DNA of 64,000 bases from an uncultured bacterium (GTDB taxonomy: Bacteria > CSSED10-310). The DNA lies in NCBI GenBank assembly GCA_964404285.1, contig CAYOJK010000003.1:69511-133510 (forward strand), written 5' to 3'. Made by a program: the position numbers and the translations under genes. The notes under the pieces are model-generated. The model saw only the letters and a list, made by a program, of their open reading frames with translations, searched no databases and was not told where the DNA came from. Shown piece after piece: positions 48,671 through 58,215 of the stretch; the stretch's first letter is position 1, and the number at the start of each line of letters is the position of its first letter.

Positions 48671-49435
48671 TCAAGCCTGCTTTTGTTCGTATTGTTTGCG
48701 TAGCATTAAAGCTGCAGCGTAACCTGCGCCAAATCCATTATCGATATTGACCACAGTCAATCCGGCAGCACAGGATATCAACATGGAAAACAATGCGGTA
48801 AATCCTCCTAAAGCAGCTCCGTAACCTACGGAAGTAGGAACCCCGATAACGGGGCAATTGACAATGCCGGCAATGACGCTGGGGAGAGCGCCTTCCATGC
48901 CGGCAACTGCAATGATGACATCGGCCTTTTGCAATGTGGACTGGTGCGACAGAAGCCTGTGCAGCCCAGCGACTCCAATGTCGATAAGTCGGTCAACGGA
49001 ATGTCCCATCGTTTCTAAAGTGATAGCAGCTTCCTCCATTACAGGAATATCAGATGTACCGGCTGCACAAATCACTATCGTTCCAGGGTAAACAGACGTA
49101 TCTGTTCGAAAAAATGCGCATCGGGCGCTTTCCGAATAGGTTAACCAACAGATTTTCCGTTTGATCACCTCCCATTTTTCCGGCTGTAATCGGGTAATGA
49201 GTACGGGCATGTTTTTCAACCTGATCCGATCGGCAATACCAATGATCTGCTCAACGGTTTTATCTTCCCCGTAAATGACTTCTGGAAGCCCGCGTCTGAG
49301 ATTGCGGTGGTGATCGATGGTGGCATATGACAGGTCTTCAGAGATAAAAGATTTAAGCTCTTGAACTGCGTGCTCAGGAGATATAATTCCGTTTTGGACT
49401 CGTTTAAGGAGGTCGTACAGCGAGCTGTTGGTCAT
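48671..49435 (-). CDS. larB: LarB-like / PurE-family (AIR carboxylase fold) protein with N-terminal extension
   Basis: The C-terminal half is PurE-like (IIAVAGMEGALPSVIAGIVNCPVIGVPTSVGYG). The roughly 100-aa N-terminal extension is typical of LarB. No larC or larE nearby. Confidence 0.6.
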   Translation of the reverse strand: MTNSSLYDLLKRVQNGIISPEHAVQELKSFISEDLSYATIDHHRNLRRGLPEVIYGEDKTVEQIIGIADRIRLKNMPVLITRLQPEKWEVIKRKICWLTYSESARCAFFRTDTSVYPGTIVICAAGTSDIPVMEEAAITLETMGHSVDRLIDIGVAGLHRLLSHQSTLQKADVIIAVAGMEGALPSVIAGIVNCPVIGVPTSVGYGAALGGFTALFSMLISCAAGLTVVNIDNGFGAGYAAALMLRKQYEQKQA

Positions 49436-50367
49436 GATAGAGATTCTTTCAGCCGTTTTTGAGCTAAGTTTAGCGTGTTGACCATCAGCATTGCGACTGT
49501 CATGGGGCCGACTCCACCAGGAACTGGAGTAAAAAAAGATGCTCTGCCGATTGCTGCATCGGGATCAACATCCCCGACCAGCGCGGAACCTTTCTTATCA
49601 ATTTTTCGCTTGATTGGAGTGTCTTTCTCGATCCAATGGGGGAGAGCTTGTTCGAGGGTGATCCGGTTGATGCCGACATCTATAATAACAGCTCCAGGTT
49701 TAATGTAGTCTGCGGTTACAAGACCTGGCTTACCAACTGCTGCTATTAAAACGTCTGCAGTTCGACACATAGCAGGCAGGTCCTGCGTTCTGGAATGTGT
49801 GATGGTAACTGTTGCATGCTCACGTAAAAGAAGCGCAGCCAAAGGTTTCCCAACAATATTACTGCGTCCGATAATAACGGCATGCTTGCCTTTGAGGGGA
49901 ATGGAATATTCGTGAAGTATTCGAAGTATTCCAGCAGGTGTACATGGCGCCAAATCACTTGTTCCAGACCATAAACTACCGACAGATTCAGGATGAAAGC
50001 CATCGACATCTTTCGATACTGATATCTTATGGATTACGTCATTTTCATTTGTGATCGATGCTGGCAAAGGAAGTTGGACAATAAGACCATCACAGGTATC
50101 ATCCTGATTACATAAGTCAATTGCGTCCATAATTTCTTCCATTTGCACTGTTTCCGGTAACGTTATATTCCTGAATTCAATTTCGGAGGAAAGACAGGCT
50201 TTTTCTTTATTCCGAATATAGACTTTTGAAGCTGGATCATCACCGGCATTTATGACCACTAGGCACGGTTTTCTACCTGTTTGTCGATAAAACTCCTCTG
50301 CATCCTTCTTAACGGACTCAATAACACCGGCTGCCACCCGTTTTCCATCCAGTAAAACTGTCTCCAT
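49432..50367 (-). CDS. folD: Bifunctional 5,10-methylene-tetrahydrofolate dehydrogenase / cyclohydrolase
   Basis: FolD motifs (YIRNKEKAC, LIVQLPLP, GRSNIVGKPLA..L). Start taken at internal Met (METVLLDGK). Confidence 0.9.
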   Translation of the reverse strand: METVLLDGKRVAAGVIESVKKDAEEFYRQTGRKPCLVVINAGDDPASKVYIRNKEKACLSSEIEFRNITLPETVQMEEIMDAIDLCNQDDTCDGLIVQLPLPASITNENDVIHKISVSKDVDGFHPESVGSLWSGTSDLAPCTPAGILRILHEYSIPLKGKHAVIIGRSNIVGKPLAALLLREHATVTITHSRTQDLPAMCRTADVLIAAVGKPGLVTADYIKPGAVIIDVGINRITLEQALPHWIEKDTPIKRKIDKKGSALVGDVDPDAAIGRASFFTPVPGGVGPMTVAMLMVNTLNLAQKRLKESLS

Positions 50368-50540
50368 TTCTGACTGTCTCCTTTCCAATGAAAGATACAA
50401 CATAGTTCGATACCTTTCTACCTTGCGAACAGAAAAACATCAACTTTCTTGATAGGTGATGGCGATGTTTCGCTCTGGATACCGGTATAGAATAAAATAA
50501 TGGAAACTAATTCCGGCTACATGATAGACTTCAATTCATT

Positions 50541-52676
50541 ATGATTGGAAAGAGTAAATTATCAAAATTTGGATTATTTACTAAAAGGCTTGGAATCATG
50601 ATTATTGGGATTCTGGCTGTCGTCATGATAAGCAAGCTTACAATCCAATACGCTCAAAGCCAGTTTCAATCAGGCATTGGCGTTTTTCATCAATTTGACC
50701 CTGTGTTTTCGATCTTTCGCCTTATAGGTGAGTGGGTTATCACCTCAAGCAGTGCTCATTGGTGTGTTTTTTCAGTGTTTACCACAATCATAATAGTGAC
50801 CATGTCTTGTGTTATATGCATAAAACATAAAAGCATCTGTAAGCCAATGGTTTTTATTGCTTTATCGATTGTTTTGGGTTTGTGGGCACGGTTTATCTCG
50901 TTTCACAACTCATCATCCTCTTGCTTACCCTGGATATTGTTGTGTTGTTCGGTTTTATCCGCCTTTTTTGCTGCCCTTATGTCTGGAACCGATATGAATG
51001 AAACACATTCAAAACCGGCTAAAAGAGTTTGGATCTGTGTAGCTCTAGTATTGATAGCAGGCTTTTTATTTCGAGTGTACCGATTGGATACTTTGCCGCC
51101 GGGACATGCACAGCACACGGCTCAATGGGGAATGATCGGAGCACGGAAGGCGTTACAACAAAAAGCAACATGGATAGACGAAGAAGGTCGACGTTTTTTT
51201 CTGGAACAAGTGAAATTGCTTATAGTGAATGAGCCGCATCAGGAAGGCCTCAATATATTTGTTGACTGGTTGCTTGCGAGCTGGTTTGGACCATCGCTTG
51301 TAGTTCAGCGAACAGCAACGGCCATGGTAGGACTTTTATCCCTGGTTGCGCTTTATTGGACAGCAGGTATCAACTTCGGCCGAAAAACCGCCTGCTTGAC
51401 CATGTTTTTTGCGGCAATATCACCATGGCATATTATGCATTCGCGCTATTCAAATATTGAACATATTTTACCACTCTTACTTGTTATTTTGTCGATGGGA
51501 CTACTGAAGAAATATCTACAAACTCGTTCGCTTAAAACTGCCATTTTACTACTTCTTGTCTTAGTTGCAGATTTTCATGTCTATGTCATTGCTCAATTTA
51601 TTGTCCCGATTATTCTGATAGTCTGGATAAATTCAATTTTTCAGACCAAAGATTTTCGTAAAACATCATTGGTTACTCTTGGGGTGGTATTCTTGTTATT
51701 TAGCATTGGTATAGCGCCAAAAACCGGTTTGTATGGCTGCAAAGATCACATTTCACTTTTAAACACATCGATAATGGCGCATCCATCTTATGTTATTCAA
51801 GGACAGAATGTTGTTGTTAGAAATATAATTACTGTCTTTCGTGGTTTATTTCTAAATGGAGAGGGTTCATTTTGGTTTCATAAAACGAATGGACATCTGA
51901 TTTGGCCGATTTCGATATCTCTAGTTATCGGTTTGGCTTATGCTTTCGTCAATCTTCACAAGTGGGCTTATCATTCGTTAATAATGTGGTTTTTTATTGG
52001 TTTGATTCCTGCCTTACCTTCGTCTGATCCAGCGCCTCGGCGTATTTTATGTGCATTACCTGCGATATACATTTTAGCAGCGTTAGGAGTTGACCATTTA
52101 CTCTCTCGATTAGTCGTGTGGCCGCTTATTCAGAGACGGTGGATGATAGTTTTTTTGTCGGGAGCATTGGCAGTATTGTTGTTATGCGGGGCATGGGTCT
52201 CATTTGAATACAATTCTATCAGCAGGGAAGACTTTTTGAATGGAAAAGAAAGGCGTTTTGCTGAAATTGTGTGTAGTTATCTGCCGGATTATACGGTTTA
52301 TTCTTTTTTGGACTCCTATACCAGGATTCAAAAAATCTGGATGATTTGTGGATGGTTGGGGCCGGAAGAGCCGTCACCCAATGCCGTGAAATTTTTAGAT
52401 CCGGAAAATGATCTGGATACATTGATCAAAACACGTGCTATACAACCGGTTTCCGAAGAAAAGCGTGGAGTCGTTTTTATTCTTCCCGCTTATCAAAATG
52501 GCTTGACAACGATTCAGGATGTGATGAAGCTTTTTTCAGAAGGAGACCATCAGTATTATAGGTTTGATCCTTATTTTAAGAATCATGATAAGGGTGAGCA
52601 GGAGTTTATTAGCTGGAAAGTCCAGAAGCATCTATTTAACGAAGTGTTAGAGATGTGGTCGTTTTCCGATATTTAA
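50541..52676 (+). CDS. Large polytopic membrane protein, GT-C/PMT_2-like putative glycosyltransferase
   Basis: 711 aa with at least 12 hydrophobic helices and an architecture like the ArnT/PMT-type membrane transferases encoded downstream. No soluble catalytic motif recognised. Confidence 0.45.
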   Translation: MIGKSKLSKFGLFTKRLGIMIIGILAVVMISKLTIQYAQSQFQSGIGVFHQFDPVFSIFRLIGEWVITSSSAHWCVFSVFTTIIIVTMSCVICIKHKSICKPMVFIALSIVLGLWARFISFHNSSSSCLPWILLCCSVLSAFFAALMSGTDMNETHSKPAKRVWICVALVLIAGFLFRVYRLDTLPPGHAQHTAQWGMIGARKALQQKATWIDEEGRRFFLEQVKLLIVNEPHQEGLNIFVDWLLASWFGPSLVVQRTATAMVGLLSLVALYWTAGINFGRKTACLTMFFAAISPWHIMHSRYSNIEHILPLLLVILSMGLLKKYLQTRSLKTAILLLLVLVADFHVYVIAQFIVPIILIVWINSIFQTKDFRKTSLVTLGVVFLLFSIGIAPKTGLYGCKDHISLLNTSIMAHPSYVIQGQNVVVRNIITVFRGLFLNGEGSFWFHKTNGHLIWPISISLVIGLAYAFVNLHKWAYHSLIMWFFIGLIPALPSSDPAPRRILCALPAIYILAALGVDHLLSRLVVWPLIQRRWMIVFLSGALAVLLLCGAWVSFEYNSISREDFLNGKERRFAEIVCSYLPDYTVYSFLDSYTRIQKIWMICGWLGPEEPSPNAVKFLDPENDLDTLIKTRAIQPVSEEKRGVVFILPAYQNGLTTIQDVMKLFSEGDHQYYRFDPYFKNHDKGEQEFISWKVQKHLFNEVLEMWSFSDI

Positions 52677-52802
52677 AGTGATGGAGCTGGGGTCAGGATT
52701 GACAGGAGTTGGCTTTAAATGCTAGATTTATATCTTGTTTTTGTCATATCGGCAACGATCGCTGTAGGAAGAGTTTTTGACGATGATTAAGGGGTAGCAG
52801 TA

Positions 52803-55760
52803 ATGGAAAACGAATCACCATCAATTAAATCAAATAAAACGAACAAACTATACGCAGGTTTGACATTACAATCCTGGCTGTGGATAGGTTTATTTGTATT
52901 TGTTATTTTCACTCGATTCCATCATTTAGGTGATAAACCGTTTCATCACGATGAAAGTTTGTATGGTAAATACATTTGGAATTTCCATGTAGGACAAGGG
53001 TATAAGTATGACCCGATGCAGCATGGCCCCTTTTTATTTCATATCAGTCAGGTGATTTTATTTCTGTTTGGCGTCACGAATTACACCATACGGATAGTGC
53101 CGGCATTGACAGGTGTATTCATCACGCTGGCATTTTTTCTGATGAGAAGACGATTGCCGTCTGGGGTGGCATTAATGACTGGGTGGTTATTTGCCATTAA
53201 TTCCGTCGCGATGTATTTCCAGCGCTTTCTTCTTCATGATCAACTGTTTGCACTCTTCGCCATGTTGATGATCTTGGTGGCTTTATTGTGGTTTGCTGAT
53301 CGAAAACAATGGCAGTTTTATCTGTTTTGTGCCTCGACATCGATATTGTATTGCATCAAGGGAAATGCTTTTGTCCATTATTTAACGATTTATTTGTTTG
53401 TGATTTTGTTTGCGGTTTACTGGCTGTTCATGCAAAAGAAAAAGTTATCCGAGTTGTTTCAGACCTACCCACTGGCGACAAAAACATTTGGAGCGGTGAC
53501 TTTTTGGGGAATATTATTTGTTGTCTATGCTGCGGTCAATCAATTTTGGAAATCCGGATTCGGCAATTGGGAAAAAGCGGTTCACTCGTACTGGATTATT
53601 GTATATGTCATATTTTTCCTGTTAATTGGGATTTTTGTCTATTTAGGTGAAGCTGTTCGGATCAATCCTGATAAACGTCCGTTGGGCCTAGCTTCGTCTT
53701 TTTATAAAGACAGTCATGTTTTTGCCTTTGGAACAGTAATTTTCTTCGGTATTTTAATTTTGCTGTACACAACACTCGGACAAAATCCAAAAGGGTTTTG
53801 GGGCGCTATGTACGAATGGTACACGTACTGGCTGCATCAACACTCAATTGCTCGAATATCCGGACCATTCCATTATTTCCATCATCAGATGGCGATATAC
53901 GCCTTTTTATCACTGAGTGTTTTGTTGGTCGCTGTTTTAGGCAGAGGAATTCGTAGAAATCCTGTCATATTCACTATTTACATAGTCGGATCAATTCTAT
54001 TGATATTTGGATTTAGATCATTGAATAGCCCGCTTCCTTTAACGAAAGAAAACCTTTTCACCAATGAGCATTTAGCGCTCGCCATAGTTGTGCTCGTTGG
54101 TGGGTTATTGATGACGTTTTCATATTTTCGGCAGCGTGAATATTTAAAAAGCTTTTATATATGGTGGTTTACTATAGCTTATATTATTTATTCCTATCTG
54201 CAGGAAAAAGTGCCTTGGTTGGTCATGCATATCGTGACACCGATGATTCTATATGCGGCTTTGGTTATGGCTGACGTTATCCGAGACAGGAAAAGTTTTC
54301 AAAAGTGGGCTAGGTACACAATTTTCACAATTTTTGGTTTCCTGATAGCCTATGAATTACACACATCCTTTCAATTATGTTGGCATAATGAAGCTGACCC
54401 GGTTGAGCAGATGGTATATGTTCAGACGACCTATGAAGTCCCCAAAATCATGGAAGAGATCGAGCGGATTGCTCATTGGGAAAACACGTTACACAAGAAA
54501 GAGCTGCCTATTGTAATCAATGGTCATGCAACCTGGCCGTTCTATTGGTATCTGCGTGATTGGAAGGGAATCAGTTATGGTTCAACGGTCAATCCGTCAA
54601 CTCACCTAATGGTTATCTGCAACTGGGAAGACCGTCACAAGTTTGCTGAGAAGATGGACGACAAATATGTCGCAAGACAATATGGTTTAAGAGCGTGGTT
54701 TTTACCTAAATATGCCGATGTTGCCAAAGATGGTAAGTTTTGGCGAAATGCTTGGCGATGGCTGGTATATCGCGAAAAATTCAACCCGACTTTGTATGGC
54801 GCTCAACAGATTTGTGTTTTTACACGAAAAGATGTTGCTATGTTTCAAAAAGGTATCGATTTAGGGCCTGCGCCAACTAAGCCCCAACGTCGTGAAGCGC
54901 CCAGACGGGATTCGATTAATATCAGCAGCATTAAAACATTTGGCTTATTTGGATCTCAGCGTGGAAATCTGAACTCGCCCAAAGGTGTAGCAATGGATTC
55001 CATAGGAAATATTTATGTGGCCGATCAACGAAATAATCGTATTCAGAAGTTTGATCAGAACGGTAAATTTTTATTGGCCTGGGGATCAAGCGGCTCAGAA
55101 AACGGTCAGTTCAATCAGCCAAGCGGCATTTTTGTAGGTAATCAAGACAACGTATTTGTAACGGATACCTGGAATCATCGAATTCAAAAGTTTGATTCTG
55201 AGGGGAAGTTTATTATGGCCTTTGGTGATAGTTCGACATTTTGGGCGCCAAAAGGTGTTGTCGAAGATCCTGACGGTTTCCTTTATGTTGCCAACACGGG
55301 TTTCCACAATATCATGAAATACACACGCGGCGGCAGCAAATTGTGGAGTGTTGGAGTCAAAGGCGATGGCCCCAAGGAATTTACTGAACCGGTAGGTATA
55401 TGCCTGGATAAAAAAGGCCAAGTGTATGTTGCAGATACTGCAAATAAACGAATATCGGTGTTTGATGGTAATGGAAACCATTTGCGCCAGATTTCTGTGT
55501 TTGGGTTGGAGGAATATTACACTGAGCCCTATATAGCTATCGATGAGACAAACCAGAGAGTTTTTCTAACGGATTCACGAAATAATCATATTCAAATATT
55601 TGATTTAAATGGTGAATTCATTGGTTTCTGGGGTTCGGAAGGTGCAGATGACGGCCAATTCAAATTGCCGACTGGTATTGCATTTCGTGATGGCAAACTT
55701 GTTGTGACCGAAGCTCAGAATCATCGAATACAGGTTTTCGATGCTGCTATGTTGAATTAA
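52803..55760 (+). CDS. PMT_2/GT-C-like polytopic membrane domain (TIGR03663-like) fused to a C-terminal NHL-repeat beta-propeller
   Basis: N-terminus TRFHHLGDKPFHHDESLYGKYIW...MQHGPFLF, with a DE motif in the first loop as in PMT/ArnT families. The C-terminal 290 aa contain six or more NHL repeats (GIAMD..GNIYVADQRNNRIQKFD). Confidence 0.65.
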   Translation: MENESPSIKSNKTNKLYAGLTLQSWLWIGLFVFVIFTRFHHLGDKPFHHDESLYGKYIWNFHVGQGYKYDPMQHGPFLFHISQVILFLFGVTNYTIRIVPALTGVFITLAFFLMRRRLPSGVALMTGWLFAINSVAMYFQRFLLHDQLFALFAMLMILVALLWFADRKQWQFYLFCASTSILYCIKGNAFVHYLTIYLFVILFAVYWLFMQKKKLSELFQTYPLATKTFGAVTFWGILFVVYAAVNQFWKSGFGNWEKAVHSYWIIVYVIFFLLIGIFVYLGEAVRINPDKRPLGLASSFYKDSHVFAFGTVIFFGILILLYTTLGQNPKGFWGAMYEWYTYWLHQHSIARISGPFHYFHHQMAIYAFLSLSVLLVAVLGRGIRRNPVIFTIYIVGSILLIFGFRSLNSPLPLTKENLFTNEHLALAIVVLVGGLLMTFSYFRQREYLKSFYIWWFTIAYIIYSYLQEKVPWLVMHIVTPMILYAALVMADVIRDRKSFQKWARYTIFTIFGFLIAYELHTSFQLCWHNEADPVEQMVYVQTTYEVPKIMEEIERIAHWENTLHKKELPIVINGHATWPFYWYLRDWKGISYGSTVNPSTHLMVICNWEDRHKFAEKMDDKYVARQYGLRAWFLPKYADVAKDGKFWRNAWRWLVYREKFNPTLYGAQQICVFTRKDVAMFQKGIDLGPAPTKPQRREAPRRDSINISSIKTFGLFGSQRGNLNSPKGVAMDSIGNIYVADQRNNRIQKFDQNGKFLLAWGSSGSENGQFNQPSGIFVGNQDNVFVTDTWNHRIQKFDSEGKFIMAFGDSSTFWAPKGVVEDPDGFLYVANTGFHNIMKYTRGGSKLWSVGVKGDGPKEFTEPVGICLDKKGQVYVADTANKRISVFDGNGNHLRQISVFGLEEYYTEPYIAIDETNQRVFLTDSRNNHIQIFDLNGEFIGFWGSEGADDGQFKLPTGIAFRDGKLVVTEAQNHRIQVFDAAMLN

Positions 55761-55827
55761 AGTCGGAAGCATTTTTCCGGTTTTCATCCATAGTAGTCAT
55801 CGTTTTCTGACAGGGAGGATCAGTGAC

Positions 55828-58197
55828 GTGGCTGAAGGACTGCTGCTGGTGTTTAAGTGGTGGTTGTTGATCCAGGTAATGGGGTTGGTTACCTGGCCAT
55901 TGGCACATCGATTTTTTCGAAGTTACCCGGACAGAGGATATATATTGAGCAAAGGGCTTGGCCTGATTCTGACTGGGTTTCTTAACTGGTTTCTTGTTTC
56001 GATACATCTTTTTAGATTTTCCCGTTTTTCAATTTGGTTTGCTATTGTCTGTGTTGCTCTGGCGTCTTGGTTTTTAAAAGTTGTGCCGATTCGGGAACTG
56101 TTCCGATTTTTTAAAGAACAAAAACGACTTGTCTTAACGATAGAAATAGTGTTTTTAGCAGCATTTATAGCTTTTACACTCGTTAGAATGGGGAACCCTG
56201 AAATTGCTCAGACAGAAAAAATGCCTGATTTCGCATTTCTTACAGGAGTCGTAACCAGTGATTATTTTCCCCCACGAGATCCATGGTACGCCGATGGAAC
56301 CATCAACTATTTTTATTACGGCCATTATCTTGTTGGAGTGCTCACAAAATTAGCGGGCACTGCTCCAGAATATGGGTTTAACTTAGGTGTTGCCGTGATT
56401 TTTGCGTTTACATTGTTAAATGCATCCGGAGTTGCGTTCGGTTTGATAAAAAAACTCCGATATGGAGTCTTAGGTGGTCTTTTTGTCGCTTTTATTGGAA
56501 ATCTTGACTGTGCAATACAATTATTCTCCAGCTTGAGCAAAATCCTAGCAGGTAGCCAAAAGTTTTATCCTTTCAATTGGTTTAACTGGTGGATGAGTTC
56601 GCGTGTTATTGTTCGTGAGGGGATAGATATCACTATCAATGAATTTCCGTTCTGGAGCTATATTTTGGGCGATTTGCATGCGCACATGAATGTCGTTCCG
56701 ATTTCTTTGATTGTTTTAGCAATTATACTTGAACATTTCAGGCACTCCGCGACAGGTTTAGATGGTCTAGGGGTGGGTCGTGATAAATGGTTCAGAATTG
56801 TTATAACAGCAATTGTTTTAGGCGCAATTCCATGTGCTAACACCTGGGATACACCGACATATTTTGCTCTGATGGTAGCTGCGATTCTACTAGCCAGACA
56901 ATTTCGGCCTGCAAGTCAATTGTTAACAGCAACGGATCAAGGTGAGATTTCTGTTGCTAAAATTATTGTGTCGCCGCTTAAAGAGTTATTCAACCGCATT
57001 TTGCCTAAAACTCTGCCGGGTGAGAAGAATGATTGGAAAGAATATCTGCTTTCCTGGCTTGGTGTTGTCATTATTATTGTGGCGGCATTATCCTTTTATG
57101 CTCCCTTTTATGCTTCTTTTCATCGGGTTGAAACAGGAGGATTAAAAATCGTCAATCCGAATCAATACACGTTAGCCGATGATTTCCTGACAATCTACGG
57201 ATTCTTCTTTTATTGTATGTTCCCCTTTGTTTTGGCACTAGTGTACCACCGGTTTACAAGCTTGAACGAACGGTTGAAGCCTTTAGTCGGTATTGCTTTG
57301 ATTCTGTTCTTTTTTGCTTTGTTCCTCGCTTTTGATCGGTTCATGATACCGTTCTGTCTGTTTTTTCTGTTCTTTACACTTGCTGTCCCGTTAAAAAAAG
57401 ATGACCCTGACATCAAAGAAAAGTTTTTTGCTCTGGCCTTGTGCGTGATGGTGTTGCTTGTTTTGTTGGGATGCGAGTTTTTCTATATTAAAGACGCTTA
57501 TGGCAAGACTCTGGAACGGCAAAATACGATTTTTAAATTTTACTATCAGGCATGGATATTTTGTGGCATTTCGGCTGCCTATGCCGTCTATTGGTTTCAA
57601 TGGAAAGCTCCAAAAACATTGAGTATTGTTTGGGAGCCTGTTTATAGACTTCTTCTGATTTGTACTTTGATGTTTCCATTTGTTGGATCAGCTGTAAAGA
57701 CCAATTATTTCCATAGTTTCACCCGTCCTTCTTCCCATGCAAAAGCCACTCTAGATGGGATTCATTATATGAGTTGGCAATATAAAGGAGATTATGAAGC
57801 TATCAAATGGCTGAAAAAACATGCCGGCCCCAAACAACGCGTTTTGGAGGCGACTGGGCCGGCTTTTTCTCATTACGGCCGGATATCGGCCGCGACAGGA
57901 ATGGCGACCATTTTAGGTTGGGGAAACCATGAAAACCTTTGGCGTGATGGTACCTGGAAAGTGATTGGAGTTCGATCAGAAGAGGTTAAGCAGGTTTACA
58001 CATCGAATAATCCGGTAAAAATCAGAGAGATTCTTGATAAATATAAAATAGACTTTGTTTTTTATGGCAAACTGGAAAGGGAGCAGTATCCGGGATCATC
58101 ACCGACACATTTCACGTTTTTAGAAAAAGTTTTGGAAGCAGGCGAAGCTGATGGAAACACATCATATTTGTTTCGGTACTCAACTTCGAATGGTTGA
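55828..58197 (+). CDS. YYY-domain (DUF2298 / TIGR03662-like) polytopic membrane protein
   Basis: DYFPPRDPWYADGTINYFYYGHYLVG and EFPFWSYILGDLHAHM motifs. Paralogous to the middle of ORF 58216-63990. GTG start after GGGAGG. Confidence 0.6.
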   Translation: MAEGLLLVFKWWLLIQVMGLVTWPLAHRFFRSYPDRGYILSKGLGLILTGFLNWFLVSIHLFRFSRFSIWFAIVCVALASWFLKVVPIRELFRFFKEQKRLVLTIEIVFLAAFIAFTLVRMGNPEIAQTEKMPDFAFLTGVVTSDYFPPRDPWYADGTINYFYYGHYLVGVLTKLAGTAPEYGFNLGVAVIFAFTLLNASGVAFGLIKKLRYGVLGGLFVAFIGNLDCAIQLFSSLSKILAGSQKFYPFNWFNWWMSSRVIVREGIDITINEFPFWSYILGDLHAHMNVVPISLIVLAIILEHFRHSATGLDGLGVGRDKWFRIVITAIVLGAIPCANTWDTPTYFALMVAAILLARQFRPASQLLTATDQGEISVAKIIVSPLKELFNRILPKTLPGEKNDWKEYLLSWLGVVIIIVAALSFYAPFYASFHRVETGGLKIVNPNQYTLADDFLTIYGFFFYCMFPFVLALVYHRFTSLNERLKPLVGIALILFFFALFLAFDRFMIPFCLFFLFFTLAVPLKKDDPDIKEKFFALALCVMVLLVLLGCEFFYIKDAYGKTLERQNTIFKFYYQAWIFCGISAAYAVYWFQWKAPKTLSIVWEPVYRLLLICTLMFPFVGSAVKTNYFHSFTRPSSHAKATLDGIHYMSWQYKGDYEAIKWLKKHAGPKQRVLEATGPAFSHYGRISAATGMATILGWGNHENLWRDGTWKVIGVRSEEVKQVYTSNNPVKIREILDKYKIDFVFYGKLEREQYPGSSPTHFTFLEKVLEAGEADGNTSYLFRYSTSNG

Positions 58198-58215
58198 TAC
58201 AGTGAAGGAGAAATC